Below, in pieces: positions 1 to 10,599 of a DNA stretch of 43,067 nt. The notes beneath the pieces were generated by a model that made no database searches, was not told the DNA's origin, and worked only from the letters and a program-made list of their open reading frames with translations. Source of the stretch: a virus (Duplodnaviria > Heunggongvirae > Uroviricota > Caudoviricetes). Position 1 is the stretch's first letter. Each line of letters opens with the position of its first letter. The DNA lies in IMG/VR virus record IMGVR_UViG_2657244961_000008, positions 1-43,067 of that record; one strand, 5' to 3'. Both the position numbers and the translations under genes were made by a program.

Positions 1-582
1 TTACTCTGCAGGTGAAGTCGGCCACTCAATATCAGGTGCAGTTGATGTATCAACACGATTCAACAACACCCGATATGTCTTCCATGCGGCCAGTAACGAT
101 TTCTCCTCCTCCGTCGCAATATCCAAATCTACGGCATCCTGAAGTGGCGCAATATGCTCACTGGCTACCTGCATCAGGCTGTTTTTTGTTTCTTCCGCCT
201 CTCGGATCCGGAACAGTTTTTCTGCTTCTGCATCTTTCACCCAGGCTGTGCCGTTCCACTTCTGAAACTCCCCTTCCGGCGATAACCAGGTAACATTTTC
301 CGCTAACGGACCGAGTTCAGAAATAAATAACGCGTCGCCGGAAGCCACGTCATAGACCGTTTTACCCCGATGGTCTTCAACGAGATGCCACGATGCCTCA
401 TCACTGTTGAAAACAGCCACGAAGCCTGCCGGAATATCTGGTGGTGCAATATCGGTACTGTTTGCTGGCAGACCTGTATGAGGCGGAATATATGCGTCAC
501 CTTCACCAATAAATTCATTAGTTCCGGCCAGCAGATTATAAATTTTTATGGTCCGTGGTTGTTCACTCATTCTGAATGCCAT
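1..582 (-). CDS. tfa: tail fiber assembly protein (Tfa)
   Basis: 193-aa ORF, complete (ATG at 580-582, stop at 1-3). Its start overlaps the stf stop (TAAATG arrangement). Sequence is typical of lambdoid Tfa chaperones. Confidence 0.8.
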   Translation of the reverse strand: MAFRMSEQPRTIKIYNLLAGTNEFIGEGDAYIPPHTGLPANSTDIAPPDIPAGFVAVFNSDEASWHLVEDHRGKTVYDVASGDALFISELGPLAENVTWLSPEGEFQKWNGTAWVKDAEAEKLFRIREAEETKNSLMQVASEHIAPLQDAVDLDIATEEEKSLLAAWKTYRVLLNRVDTSTAPDIEWPTSPAE

Positions 583-3500
583 TATGCAAGCCTCACAATA
601 TAGTTAAATGCGATGTTTTTGACGGTGTTTTCCGCGTTACCAGCAGCGTTAACGGTGATGGTGTGTCCATGTGAACCAATCGCAACGGAGTGCGTATGAG
701 CACCAATACCGACAGTATGTGTGTGTGCACCTGCGCTTGCAGCAGTACCTGACACCGGGTGGGTATGCGCTCCGGCTGACGATGTGCCAGTACTCGAGCC
801 TGCACGAGACGCACCTTTGAGGGCTTTATCGCCCTGCTCGGTATCGCCAGGTGGGTAACAGGCAACCGTGTGTGTATGTGCCCCTGCAGAAGCAGCCGTA
901 CCACTGACACTATGGGTGTGCGCTCCGGTGTTATTCGTGGATTTAGTGCCGTAATCAAACGACGATGTGGTTTTCGTCCCCAAATCCGTACTGGATGCAC
1001 TGGCGCTGTGGGTATGCGATTTTATGCCGTCCTGTTCCTGAGACAATACGGCACGACCACTGGCGGGCTTGCCCTTAATCGTCCAGCCACGCATATCAGG
1101 GATCACGCCTGACGGATAAGCGGCTGCAAGTTTCGGGTAAGCAGATTTGTCAAAAGTCTGCCCCTGCATCAGGGCATAACCAGACGGAACGGTATCTGAT
1201 GGCCACGGGATTGGTGCGCCAGGCGGATAAAACTGCTCTGATGGCGTATAGAGTGAATAAACTGTACCGTCCGTTAACCCTTCCGGCTTATTAGCAGAAT
1301 ATGCTGGTGACGTATGAATCGTTACGCTGGCATTACTGGTATAATCCCATTGAATATTTACACCAGTCGCATAATTTCCGATTGCAACGTAAATATCGTA
1401 AGTATCACCAGATGTATTGACCCAGGCAAAATTTGTAAACCCTGCCGATGTGCGCTGCCATAAAGCACCAGTAATCCCCTTCGGATTACCATTACCTGCA
1501 CGCAAAACAAGTTCAGATATACCTGCCTGTTGAGGTGAACCGACGTTATATCCAGCCCCACCAATCAACGTAATTGAAACAACAGAACTCGCCTGCGGCA
1601 TGGTTACCGTTGCCAGCTTGAACCATCCAGCACCACCACTAAAAGACATTGTTGTGGAGTTGATCGTGCCTATAGACCGTGGGTTAAGTTCAATATCTTT
1701 AGAACCATCAAACGAGACGCCGTTGATAGTACATGCTGTCTGCAACTTGGTCGCTGTCGCTGCATTACCGGTAGTGTCTTGATTACCTTTTGTATTCACA
1801 CCAGGCAAATCTATATCGGCTGAACCATCAAAGGATACACCACCTATGTTTATTGAACTTGCTAATTTCGTTGCTGTAGCAGCATTTCCTGAAAGACTTG
1901 AAATAAATGGATGTGAACAGTAATAACCTCGTCCATTTTTAAAGTCCAAAATTATCTTTGCATTCGTACTTTCTGATAAAGGATCAGTTGCCCCCCACTT
2001 ATAAGTGGTTTGACCAACTGCATAATCAGCCGTTGGAACAATTACGTTCAAGCCCTCCTCAGCAAATATATTGATAGGGAATGCTCTGGCTTCAACGTAA
2101 AATACACTACACAAATCGTCATCTTTCACACCTGAAATAATCGAGTGTATAGCTCGCTCAGCAGTAGAATATATTGAGAAAAAACCAGCCGCATATGAAC
2201 CGCGATCAGACCAACCGCCAGGCATAACAAACCCATTAAATTCACAATTATTCATGGCGTATCCGTCAGCTGAGGAATAAGTAGTTATCACAACTCGTGA
2301 GGCTAATTCATCGGTACTGCCTCCAGATCGGCGAAAGACTATAGGATACCACTTACCGCTTACTGCATTTGCAGGAGCAGAGAAAGTGTATTTTCGCATC
2401 CCCTTTTTCTTATCCACTTCACCTTTGCTGTAAACATTAATGTTATTCAGGAAGCGGCCCTTGTCGGGGATATCAGCACCGTTCTGGTCTTTCTGCAGAC
2501 GTTTCTCTGCATTGTCATAGGCTGCTTTTACTGCCTTTGGCGTTGCCGCCAGTGACTCGGAAGTGCTGTTGGTCGCACTGCTGAGCTGTACTATCCCCTT
2601 TTTCGTCGTGCTCGCATCCTCAAGCGCCACGGCGGATGCAATATCCTCTGCCCGTTTTGCCGCTGTCTCAGCGCGCGTTGCTGCAGATTCCGCCGTACTT
2701 TTGCTCTGAGCTGCTGCCGTCGCACTGCCAGCTGCCTCTGTCGCCTTCGTGGATGCCGTCGTGGCGCTACCCTTCGCTGCTGACGCCTGTCTGGTCGCCT
2801 CATCTTTTGAAGCAGACGCAGATGATGCCGATGACGACGCCGAACTGGCTGACGATGCGGCAGCCGTTTTTGAGGATTCTGCGCTGGTTTCCGACGCTTT
2901 CGCGTTCGTTTCGGATGTCTTCGCTGCGGAAGCAGACCTCGCTGCTGCGCTGGCCTGTTCAGTGGCTTCGCCAGCCTTCGTTGTGGCTGTTGAAGCGGAT
3001 GATGCGGCGCTTTCTGCCGATTTTCCGGCGGCGATGGCACTGGCTGAGGCCTGCCCGGCACTTGTTGACGCGGCACTGGCAGATGATGCAGCCGCTGTTT
3101 TTGAGCCTGCCGCAGCTGAGGCACTCTGTCCCGCTGCCGTTTCAGAAGACCTGGCGTTCGTCTCGGACGTTTTTGCCGCCTTCGCAGAATTTGCTGCCGC
3201 CGTTGCCGAGGAGGCTGCACTACTGGCGCTCGAGGCTGCGCTCGTTTCTGATGATTTTGCCGCCTCTTTTGAAGCCGACGCATCTCTGGCTGAGGTGGCA
3301 GCTTCTGACGCTTTCGTGGTCGCGGTGGATGCAGAAGTGGCGGCTGATTGTTGTGACGCTGAAGCATTCGTTTCTGACGTTTTCGCCGCACCGGCACTGG
3401 TGGCCGCCGCGCTTTTTGAGGACTCTGCAGCGGCAGCACTTTTTGAGGCTTCAGTGGCCTTTGTTGATGCCGTTCCTGCGCTGGAAGACGCTGACTGAGC

Positions 3501-3995
3501 CGACGTCGCGGCCTGTCCGGCTGACGTGCTGGCTGCGCGTGCTGAGTCTGCAGCATCAGTCGCATGGGTTGCCGCCTCACTGGCAGATGTGCTGGCATCA
3601 CTGGCTGACTTCTTCGCGGCTGCTGTGTTCTGTGCCACCGCGGACGCGTTACGCGCCACCTCTTCCACCATCAGTTCAAAACGTCGCAGTGCCTCCGGAC
3701 GGGCATCATCCTCCGTCATGGCACCGAGAAAATCATTCAGCGTACCGGGTTGAGAATCTTCATACACGGTGATGGTCCCGGCATGTGACGGCGGGAATCC
3801 CTCCACCAACAGAATAACGCTGTACTGACCGTACTCAACGTCCATGCTGTAACGCCCGGCTTCATCCGGATTTTCTGAGGCCAGCGTGTTCACCACCACA
3901 GTGGTACTGTTACGTTTTGCTTTCAGCTGGATTGTGCAGTTCTGTACCGGTTTTCCTGTGCCGTCTTTCAGTACACCTGAAATCTTTACTGCCAT
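582..3995 (-). CDS. stf: side tail fiber protein (Stf)
   Basis: N-terminus [26 protein letters not shown] matches lambda Stf as recalled. Long Ala/Ser/Thr-rich repeat region and C-terminal GAHTH repeats. The track ORF begins at a GTG at 4001; the first ATG is at 3995. Confidence 0.85.
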   Translation of the reverse strand: MAVKISGVLKDGTGKPVQNCTIQLKAKRNSTTVVVNTLASENPDEAGRYSMDVEYGQYSVILLVEGFPPSHAGTITVYEDSQPGTLNDFLGAMTEDDARPEALRRFELMVEEVARNASAVAQNTAAAKKSASDASTSASEAATHATDAADSARAASTSAGQAATSAQSASSSAGTASTKATEASKSAAAAESSKSAAATSAGAAKTSETNASASQQSAATSASTATTKASEAATSARDASASKEAAKSSETSAASSASSAASSATAAANSAKAAKTSETNARSSETAAGQSASAAAGSKTAAASSASAASTSAGQASASAIAAGKSAESAASSASTATTKAGEATEQASAAARSASAAKTSETNAKASETSAESSKTAAASSASSASSSASSASASKDEATRQASAAKGSATTASTKATEAAGSATAAAQSKSTAESAATRAETAAKRAEDIASAVALEDASTTKKGIVQLSSATNSTSESLAATPKAVKAAYDNAEKRLQKDQNGADIPDKGRFLNNINVYSKGEVDKKKGMRKYTFSAPANAVSGKWYPIVFRRSGGSTDELASRVVITTYSSADGYAMNNCEFNGFVMPGGWSDRGSYAAGFFSIYSTAERAIHSIISGVKDDDLCSVFYVEARAFPINIFAEEGLNVIVPTADYAVGQTTYKWGATDPLSESTNAKIILDFKNGRGYYCSHPFISSLSGNAATATKLASSINIGGVSFDGSADIDLPGVNTKGNQDTTGNAATATKLQTACTINGVSFDGSKDIELNPRSIGTINSTTMSFSGGAGWFKLATVTMPQASSVVSITLIGGAGYNVGSPQQAGISELVLRAGNGNPKGITGALWQRTSAGFTNFAWVNTSGDTYDIYVAIGNYATGVNIQWDYTSNASVTIHTSPAYSANKPEGLTDGTVYSLYTPSEQFYPPGAPIPWPSDTVPSGYALMQGQTFDKSAYPKLAAAYPSGVIPDMRGWTIKGKPASGRAVLSQEQDGIKSHTHSASASSTDLGTKTTSSFDYGTKSTNNTGAHTHSVSGTAASAGAHTHTVACYPPGDTEQGDKALKGASRAGSSTGTSSAGAHTHPVSGTAASAGAHTHTVGIGAHTHSVAIGSHGHTITVNAAGNAENTVKNIAFNYIVRLA

Positions 3996-4006
3996 ATTCA
4001 CCCCAC

Positions 4007-4033
4007 AAAAAAGCCCGCCTGAACCGGCGGGCT
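4007..4033 (-). terminator. intrinsic terminator downstream of lom
   Basis: Hairpin AGCCCGCC-N6-GGCGGGCT (plus 4012..4033) followed on the minus strand by a T-run (plus A-run 4007..4012). Confidence 0.5.
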
Positions 4034-4059
4034 GTCATAACACTGTGTTACCTGGCTAA

Positions 4060-4659
4060 TCAGAATTTATAACCGACACCCACGATGAAACCGTCAGTGC
4101 GCCAGTCACCACTGCCGGAGCCTTCATAAGCAATATCAATGGCCACGGATTCGGTCGGGTTAAACTGCACGCCAGCCCCCCACGCCAGAGACGTGTTGCT
4201 GTGGCGACCGTCATCACTTCCGGTCAGCACATCGTGCGTTTTCCCCTTGTTGTCAGTTACGCGGAGATAATCCCCGGAGAAAGTCGACACACGGCTGTAA
4301 GCCATACCCGCCATCGCATACGCGCTGAACCATTCATTCACGCGTACAGACGGCCCCGCCATCACGCTGAACCAGCGGTTACGCACGGAATCTTCATGCC
4401 AGCGGGTATCGCTGTAGTGCGTTTTTTGCTCATCCTCAGCATTGGCATAACTGAAGGACGTAATCAGCCCCAGCGCGTCCGTAAACTCATAACGGTATTT
4501 CACGTTAATCCCGTTCAGATTATCGCTGCCGGGAGCGTTCGTACGGGCATGAAGATACCCCGCGCTCAGTGTGGACTGATGTTCAGACGCCCATGCAGGC
4601 GCACCGGATACGGCCAGACAGATGGCTGCGGACAAAATGGCTGCACAAACTTTACGCAT
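4060..4659 (-). CDS. lom: Lom-like outer membrane protein (Ail/Lom/PagC family)
   Basis: 199 aa with an N-terminal signal peptide and a beta-barrel-like sequence ending in Phe. Sits between J and stf as in lambda. Confidence 0.85.
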   Translation of the reverse strand: MRKVCAAILSAAICLAVSGAPAWASEHQSTLSAGYLHARTNAPGSDNLNGINVKYRYEFTDALGLITSFSYANAEDEQKTHYSDTRWHEDSVRNRWFSVMAGPSVRVNEWFSAYAMAGMAYSRVSTFSGDYLRVTDNKGKTHDVLTGSDDGRHSNTSLAWGAGVQFNPTESVAIDIAYEGSGSGDWRTDGFIVGVGYKF

Positions 4660-4683
4660 AATTACCTCTCGCTTTTCTGCAAT

Positions 4684-4707
4684 AAAAAAGGCGCCATTTC
4701 TGGCGCC
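4684..4707 (-). terminator. intrinsic terminator downstream of J
   Basis: Perfect hairpin GGCGCC-ATTTCT-GGCGCC (4690..4707) followed on the minus strand by T6 (plus A-run 4684..4689). Confidence 0.55.
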
Positions 4708-4728
4708 CGTATTGGGGTTATAAAAATT

Positions 4729-7700
4729 TCAACTGATACTGATACCGGATGCGGCTTTTTTCGTTACCGAGACCATTAAATCACTGATCCATGTTCTGGG
4801 ATCTCCACTGCCGCTCGACTGAACTTCAAATGTTAATATTACATCTCCGTCCCCCACTGGCATATCAATGATATTGCTGTACACGACTGTTGTCCTTTTC
4901 GAACCACTAGTGGATTTGTCATAGATTACATTGCCATTTTTGCGCACAATTAATCTGCAGGTATCGTAGATATTAGCGCCATCATTTCTACTAAAATATG
5001 GTGGCGCACCGTACATGATTGGTTGAATTATAATCTGCCTGTCAAAGGCATGATCGTCCTTAATATGAACGGTAAGTGAACCCTGTGGGTATTCTCCGGG
5101 GTGCGGAAATCGATGCCCTGTCGTTTTTACAAAATCACCACGCACCTGGTTAGCATCAAGCATCCCCTTAATAGTACAGCTCTCATTAATCGTGACGTTG
5201 TTGAGCGTCCCGGCGTTCGCATTCACACTGCCACTGATATCCGCATTTTTAGCAGTCAGCTTTCCGTCAGGTGTCAGGGAGAATGCCGGAGGATTGCCAC
5301 CACTGGTAATCGTGGGAGCAATAAGGAACTTGATCAGCGCCTCATTAATAAACGTCTGTCCGCCCTGTGTGACCAGTGCAGGAGTGGTGTTACCATTCGC
5401 CGGGTTAATAAATGCCACCCGGTCTGCAGCCAGCAGCACCTGACTCTGCATGCCGTCGGGGGTGTTCTCAATACCGGCACCGATACCCGCAATATAAAGG
5501 CGTCCGTCCTGCATCTGCTGCAGCTTCACTGCCCACATGCTGTTCAGGTTATTATTTGTATCAACCTGAACCTTCTGTATCTGCTGGATCGCTGCACTCT
5601 GGTCTTCCAGTTTCTTATTGACGGTCTGTGTTATTTCATTGCTGACATCCGTTATGGACGTCCTGATTTCAGTCAGGTCAGGCGCAAGCTGACCGTTATC
5701 AATCTGCGTCCACAGCTCCTGAGCCAGATGGGTTTTCCCTATCTCTCCTTTGAAAAAATCCAGATAGCCGGACGCATCATCACTCGGCTGACCAACAGCC
5801 TCCACAAATGCCGATTTGCCAACGGTGTTCACACTGCGGATATAAAAATAATAATCATGGCCCGGTTTGATATTGATACTGGCAGCTATCCAGTACAGCG
5901 CCGTGCCAAGATAGCGGGCTGTGGTTTCAACCTGCCTGATATCCGCAATCCGCTTTTCCGAGAACCAGAATTCAAACTGTACCGTCGGGTCATAAACCGC
6001 AAGATGCGGCGTGGCGGTTATCTGAAAATAGCCCGGCGTCAGCTCAATCCGCGACGGCGCTGCCGGTGCGGCAATCCGGAACGATACCGACGCCGGATCG
6101 CCCTGCTGCCCCCACGCATTTACTGCCCGGACTGTCAGCCTGTAGTTCCCCAGAGCCAGTTGTGTGAAGCGGTAAGTGGTTTCCGTCGTCCGGGCCGTGC
6201 TGACCAGCCGCTCACGGCCGTCATCCGCTGCCACGGTCAGGCGAAGCAGGAAGCTCACGCCCTTCACCACCTTCGGCGTGTCCCAGCGGGCCAGCACCTG
6301 GTATTCCCCGCTGTCTGCGGTGACTTCTGCGGTCAGATGCTGCACCGCTGGCGGCGTGACACCATTCACCGTGCCGCTCTGGTCGCCGTCAAAGTGCGCC
6401 CCGTTATCCACGATGGCTTCTTTTTCCGGTACATGCTGCACGGCGGTGATGGCATACGTGCCGTCGTCGTTCTCACGGATACTCACGCAGCGGAACAGGC
6501 GCTGGCGCAGCGTCGGCAGCTTCAGCCCCCACACGCTGTATTCTGCAACGCCGTCAGGAACACGGCTCACTTTCACCTTCACGCCGTCGGTGACGGACTG
6601 GACCTCCACGCTGACCGGATTACCCTGACCGTCAACCAGGCTTATCAGCGTGGTACCGGAGGATGGCAGCGTGATTTCACGGTCGAGCGTCAGCGTCCGG
6701 GTCTGGCTGTTCACCGCCAGCACGCGCCCGCCGGTGCTGATACCCGCATAGTCATCATCGCAGATTTCAATGACATCCCCCGGTACATGGCGAAGCCCTT
6801 CCGCACCCACGCTGAAGTCCACGGTCTGCGTTTCCAGCAGTTCCGTTTTAATCAGCCACAGCCCGGCGCGGTGCGCCTGCCCCCGGCTGGTACAGCCAAA
6901 GGCATCCATCTTCGTGACGTTACGACCGTAACGGGCAATGGCCTGCGTATCTTCAACAAGCTCTGTCGCCGTCTCCCAGCCGTTATCCGGGTCAATCCAG
7001 TTCACCTCAACGGCATTATGGCGGTCTTTCAGGGCGCTGAAACTGTAGCGGAACGGCGCGCCATCATCCGGCATCACCACATTACTGCGGTTATAGGCCC
7101 ACACCTTATCCGACGGTCGGTCCTGCACGAACGTCAGCGTCTGCCCGTTCCATACCGGCATACAGCGCATCGCCGAGCAGAAATCACTGAGCACATCCCA
7201 CGCCTTGCGCTGTGTGGTCAGGTACGCATTACAGGTGATGCGCGGCTCCGTGCCGCCAAAGCCGTCCGGCACTGACTGGTCGCAGTACTGGCCGATGACA
7301 TACAGCGCCCATTTGTCCACATCCGCCGCACCAAGACGTTTTCCCATGCCGTAGCGCGGGTGGGTCAGCATATCCCACAGACACCAGGCCATGTTGTTGC
7401 TGTATGCTGGTTTTAACGTTCCGTCCCAGATACCGCTGTATTGCCGCGTCTGCGGGTTATAATTCGACGGCACCTGCAGAATACGCCCGCGCAGATGATA
7501 ATTACGGCTCACCTGCTGGCTGCCGAACTGCTCCGAGTCCACCTGCACGCCGACCAGTGCCGTGTTCGGGTAGCACTGTTTCACATCGATGATTTCGGTG
7601 TATGACGACCAGAGCGTTTTGTTCTGCAGCTGGTCTGTAGTGCTGTCCGGTGTCATCCTGCGCATCCGGATATTGAACGGGCGCGGAGGCAGGTTATCCA

Positions 7701-8205
7701 CCATCACCGAGGCCAGATACTGCGAGGTGGTTTTGCCCTTAATGGTGATGTCTTTTTCCGTCACCCAGCCACCGTTACGCTGTATCTGAACCAGCAGACG
7801 GACTTCCGACGGATTCCTGTCACCCTTTGAGGTGGTTTCCACCAGTGCCTGCACACCGAAGGTAAAGCGCAGACGGTCGATGTTTGCCGACGTGATGGTC
7901 CGGGTAATCGGCGTGTCGTACTTCACTTCCGTACCCAGCACCGTCTCGGAGCCGGAGGATTCAAATCCCTCCGGCGGTGTCTGCTCCTGCTCACCGGCCC
8001 GGAACACCACCGTGACACCGGAGATATTGGTATTCCCCTCACTGTCCAGCACTGGCGTACTGTTCAGCAGCACACTTTTTAATCCGTCCACCGGACCTTC
8101 AATCGGCCCTTCACTGATGGCGTCTATCACGCTCAGCATCTGGGATGATTTCAGGTTGTCCTTCGCTTCGCGCGGGGTATGCCCCTTACTGCTGCCTTTA
8201 CCCAT
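4729..8205 (-). CDS. J: tail tip/host specificity protein J (central tail fiber)
   Basis: 1158 aa. N-terminus [20 protein letters not shown] and most of the protein match lambda gpJ as recalled; the C-terminal receptor-binding part diverges. Confidence 0.9.
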   Translation of the reverse strand: MGKGSSKGHTPREAKDNLKSSQMLSVIDAISEGPIEGPVDGLKSVLLNSTPVLDSEGNTNISGVTVVFRAGEQEQTPPEGFESSGSETVLGTEVKYDTPITRTITSANIDRLRFTFGVQALVETTSKGDRNPSEVRLLVQIQRNGGWVTEKDITIKGKTTSQYLASVMVDNLPPRPFNIRMRRMTPDSTTDQLQNKTLWSSYTEIIDVKQCYPNTALVGVQVDSEQFGSQQVSRNYHLRGRILQVPSNYNPQTRQYSGIWDGTLKPAYSNNMAWCLWDMLTHPRYGMGKRLGAADVDKWALYVIGQYCDQSVPDGFGGTEPRITCNAYLTTQRKAWDVLSDFCSAMRCMPVWNGQTLTFVQDRPSDKVWAYNRSNVVMPDDGAPFRYSFSALKDRHNAVEVNWIDPDNGWETATELVEDTQAIARYGRNVTKMDAFGCTSRGQAHRAGLWLIKTELLETQTVDFSVGAEGLRHVPGDVIEICDDDYAGISTGGRVLAVNSQTRTLTLDREITLPSSGTTLISLVDGQGNPVSVEVQSVTDGVKVKVSRVPDGVAEYSVWGLKLPTLRQRLFRCVSIRENDDGTYAITAVQHVPEKEAIVDNGAHFDGDQSGTVNGVTPPAVQHLTAEVTADSGEYQVLARWDTPKVVKGVSFLLRLTVAADDGRERLVSTARTTETTYRFTQLALGNYRLTVRAVNAWGQQGDPASVSFRIAAPAAPSRIELTPGYFQITATPHLAVYDPTVQFEFWFSEKRIADIRQVETTARYLGTALYWIAASINIKPGHDYYFYIRSVNTVGKSAFVEAVGQPSDDASGYLDFFKGEIGKTHLAQELWTQIDNGQLAPDLTEIRTSITDVSNEITQTVNKKLEDQSAAIQQIQKVQVDTNNNLNSMWAVKLQQMQDGRLYIAGIGAGIENTPDGMQSQVLLAADRVAFINPANGNTTPALVTQGGQTFINEALIKFLIAPTITSGGNPPAFSLTPDGKLTAKNADISGSVNANAGTLNNVTINESCTIKGMLDANQVRGDFVKTTGHRFPHPGEYPQGSLTVHIKDDHAFDRQIIIQPIMYGAPPYFSRNDGANIYDTCRLIVRKNGNVIYDKSTSGSKRTTVVYSNIIDMPVGDGDVILTFEVQSSGSGDPRTWISDLMVSVTKKAASGISIS

Positions 8206-8265
8206 TCCTCACGCTCCATAAACGACAAAACCGCCCGCAGGCGGTTTCACATAAAACATTTTGCA

Positions 8266-8913
8266 TCAGCGACCAATCACCACAACCTGACCACCGTCCC
8301 CTTCGTCTGCCGTGCTGATCTCCTGAGAAACCACGCGTGACCCCACGCGCATTTCCCCGTACAGAACCGGCAGAACATTGCCCTGGGCAACCATGTTATC
8401 CAGTGAGGAGAAATACGTGTTCTGTTTGCCGTTATCTGTACTGGCTGCCGTGGGCGTCCTGGCTTTCGGTGCCAGCATCTGCGCCACTCCGCCCAGGATC
8501 ATACTGGCCCCTGCCGCATACATGCCCGATACAGCCGCGGCACCCAGCCAACTCACAGGATTCCACCATGCCACCGCAATCAGCGCCGCCCCAAGCACCA
8601 CCTGAAACACACCGCCACTTTTAGCTCCCGCCAGACGCGGCACGATGTGGATCACGGCACCATTTGCCAGCGGCTCATTAAGACGGGCAGATAATTCATT
8701 TTCGCCTGCATCACGCCCGGCAATGCGCACCTGATACCAGCCCTCATTCAGTTTCTGACGAAACGCCGGGAGCTGTGTGGCCAGCGCCCGGATGGCTTCG
8801 GCCCCCGTTTTCACACGAAGGTCGATGCGGCGGCCAAATCGTTGCAAATCCCCGTAAAGGCAGATGCGTGCCATGCCCGGTGACGCCAGAGGGAGTGTGT
8901 GCGTCGCTGCCAT
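8266..8913 (-). CDS. I: tail assembly protein I
   Basis: 215 aa in the lambda I position between K and J, with a hydrophobic C-terminal half. Confidence 0.8.
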   Translation of the reverse strand: MAATHTLPLASPGMARICLYGDLQRFGRRIDLRVKTGAEAIRALATQLPAFRQKLNEGWYQVRIAGRDAGENELSARLNEPLANGAVIHIVPRLAGAKSGGVFQVVLGAALIAVAWWNPVSWLGAAAVSGMYAAGASMILGGVAQMLAPKARTPTAASTDNGKQNTYFSSLDNMVAQGNVLPVLYGEMRVGSRVVSQEISTADEGDGGQVVVIGR

Positions 8914-9554
8914 TTGTCGGTATACCTCTCTCGTTTGCTCAGTTGTTCAGGAATATGGTTCAGCAGCTCGCCGTCGCCGCAGTAAATAGCGGCATGATTC
9001 GGCACCGATGAACCAAAACAGCACAGCAGCACATCGCCCGGCTGCGCCGCTGACAACGGCACCTGATATAGCCCAGTTGCCTCCAGATTATCCAGATAGA
9101 GATTCTGACCGTGACGCCACCAGTCATCCTCACGATGAAAATCCGGCATCTCAATCCCCGCCAGATGGTAAGCATCCCGGAACAGCGTGTAACAGTCCGT
9201 CACCCCGTGCTCAAAGCGCCGCCCGGTGAGATGCGGCACACAGCGGAATTTATGAATCTCACCCCGGCAGACCAGCCACCACGGCAAATCACTCTGCACC
9301 TGCAGCCGCCGGTCAGCCTCACTCAGCCAGGGCAGACCACCGGGGTGGCTGTGGACCAGCGCCACAATCTCACCCTGCATCTCTGCCTGCAGCCAGTCCT
9401 CAGGCGACATCCGGAAATAATCCTCCGGCTCACCGGAGATATTCACGCAGGGAAAATATCTTTCCCCTTCCGGCGTTCTCACCACGAAGCCGCACGACTC
9501 CGCTGGCGCACATCGCCGGGCGTGCGCCAGAATCGCTGATTCTGTCTCTGTCAT
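8811..9554 (-). CDS. K: tail assembly protein K (JAB/MPN plus NlpC/P60 domains)
   Basis: 247 aa. JAMM-like motif HSHPGG...SEAD and a Cys/His peptidase signature. The 3' end overlaps the I start by about 100 nt. Confidence 0.8.
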   Translation of the reverse strand: MTETESAILAHARRCAPAESCGFVVRTPEGERYFPCVNISGEPEDYFRMSPEDWLQAEMQGEIVALVHSHPGGLPWLSEADRRLQVQSDLPWWLVCRGEIHKFRCVPHLTGRRFEHGVTDCYTLFRDAYHLAGIEMPDFHREDDWWRHGQNLYLDNLEATGLYQVPLSAAQPGDVLLCCFGSSVPNHAAIYCGDGELLNHIPEQLSKRERYTDKWQRRTHSLWRHRAWHASAFTGICNDLAAASTFV

Positions 9555-9559
9555 GGGAT

Positions 9560-10258
9560 TTACTGCGAAAGTTTGTTAATGGAAAGGAAGCCGCCAAAGT
9601 TGCCGACGTTATTGCGGAACTTACAACCACTCAGGCATTTGCTGCATTTATCCTTCGTGATATCGGACGTCGGCTGGTCATATTCATCCGCAACCGCCGG
9701 ACCGTGATAACCGCACTCATCACCGCGATAGGTCCAGGTGCAGGTGTTGGCCAGCATGGTACGTCCCGGAAAAACAGCACCATCCGTTTCCGTCGGCGTG
9801 GACAGTACAAAAGAGGCACTCACCGCGCTCAGTTCGCTGCACTGCTCGATGCGCCAGCGGCTGATCACCTCCTGCTCCGGATCGGCTTCGCTGTTTCCGT
9901 TGACGAAGTTCACCACATCCAGAAAACGGGCGTAAACCTTACGCCTGACCACCGTTCCGCCGACCAGACTCTGCAGGTCTTCCGCCATCCCGGTGACCAT
10001 GCCGTGCAGATTAGAGACTTTCAGCGTTGGCCTTGCACTGGCTCCTTTGCCGTTCATCTCAAATCCACTTCCCTGAATGGGATAGGCCTGATACTGCCGC
10101 CCCTGCCAGGTGACTGGTTCACCTTTTTCGTTCTGCTCATTACAGAAGAAATAACGATCTCCGCCGACCTCTGTCAGATCAATTTCCCAGAGCACGACCA
10201 GCGCGGATTGCTCCGTTTTAGTGCACTCATTGAGTGTTTCCTGCTGTATATCCTGCAT
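9560..10258 (-). CDS. L: minor tail protein L
   Basis: 232 aa, the same length as lambda L, with a Cys-rich C-terminus. Lies between M and K. Confidence 0.85.
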   Translation of the reverse strand: MQDIQQETLNECTKTEQSALVVLWEIDLTEVGGDRYFFCNEQNEKGEPVTWQGRQYQAYPIQGSGFEMNGKGASARPTLKVSNLHGMVTGMAEDLQSLVGGTVVRRKVYARFLDVVNFVNGNSEADPEQEVISRWRIEQCSELSAVSASFVLSTPTETDGAVFPGRTMLANTCTWTYRGDECGYHGPAVADEYDQPTSDITKDKCSKCLSGCKFRNNVGNFGGFLSINKLSQ

Positions 10259-10599
10259 CAGTGAGTGACCTCTTCAAAGGTACAGTTAAAATCGGTATAC
10301 ATGGCATTATCCGAAATGCTCCACTCCCTGCAGACAACCCGGACAGTCCTGTTGTGTTTTGGCGGACGCCACAAAAAAGCACGAACCCCGGCATGACGGG
10401 ATAAAAAACTGTCCAGCGCGGCACGGGAATATTCATCCGTGACACGAAATACCGGTTTAAACGTTTTCAGATCTGCATTCAGACCACCAGCCCGTCGCTG
10501 TTCATATCCGTCACCGAACTTTACCGTAATAACAGATGGCTTTCGTGTCGTCTCCATCCCCTCGCGGGGGATCCAGTTAAAAACTTCAGACTCAGGCAC
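10258..10599 (-). CDS. M: minor tail protein M
   Basis: Conserved FGDGYEQR motif as in lambda M. The track ORF starts at a TTG at 10644; a GTG at 10599 preceded by GGAGGA gives about 114 aa and overlaps the H stop by 8 nt. The start is uncertain. Confidence 0.65.
   Translation of the reverse strand: MPESEVFNWIPREGMETTRKPSVITVKFGDGYEQRRAGGLNADLKTFKPVFRVTDEYSRAALDSFLSRHAGVRAFLWRPPKHNRTVRVVCREWSISDNAMYTDFNCTFEEVTH

Noticed and set aside
593-1112. ORFs 593..1000 (-) and 870..1112 (+) over the stf 3' end
   Set aside because: Alternative frames of the His/Gly-rich stf C-terminal repeat region.
2591-3772. Track ORFs 2591..3601 (-), 2636..3772 (+) and 2749..3498 (+), of 249-378 aa
   Set aside because: They lie entirely within the GC-rich Ala/Ser repeat of stf in alternative frames or on the opposite strand. 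Their products are low-complexity Arg/Pro/Gln or Ala/Asp strings typical of repeat artefacts.
5101-7275. 724-aa plus-strand ORF antisense to J
   Set aside because: Completely nested in the well-supported J gene on the opposite strand. Arg-rich with no motifs or RBS context.
8960-9539. ORFs 8960..9175 (-), 9008..9229 (+) and 9111..9539 (+) within K
   Set aside because: Nested in or antisense to K, with no independent support.
9704-10264. 186-aa plus-strand ORF antisense to L
   Set aside because: Overlaps the L coding sequence on the opposite strand.
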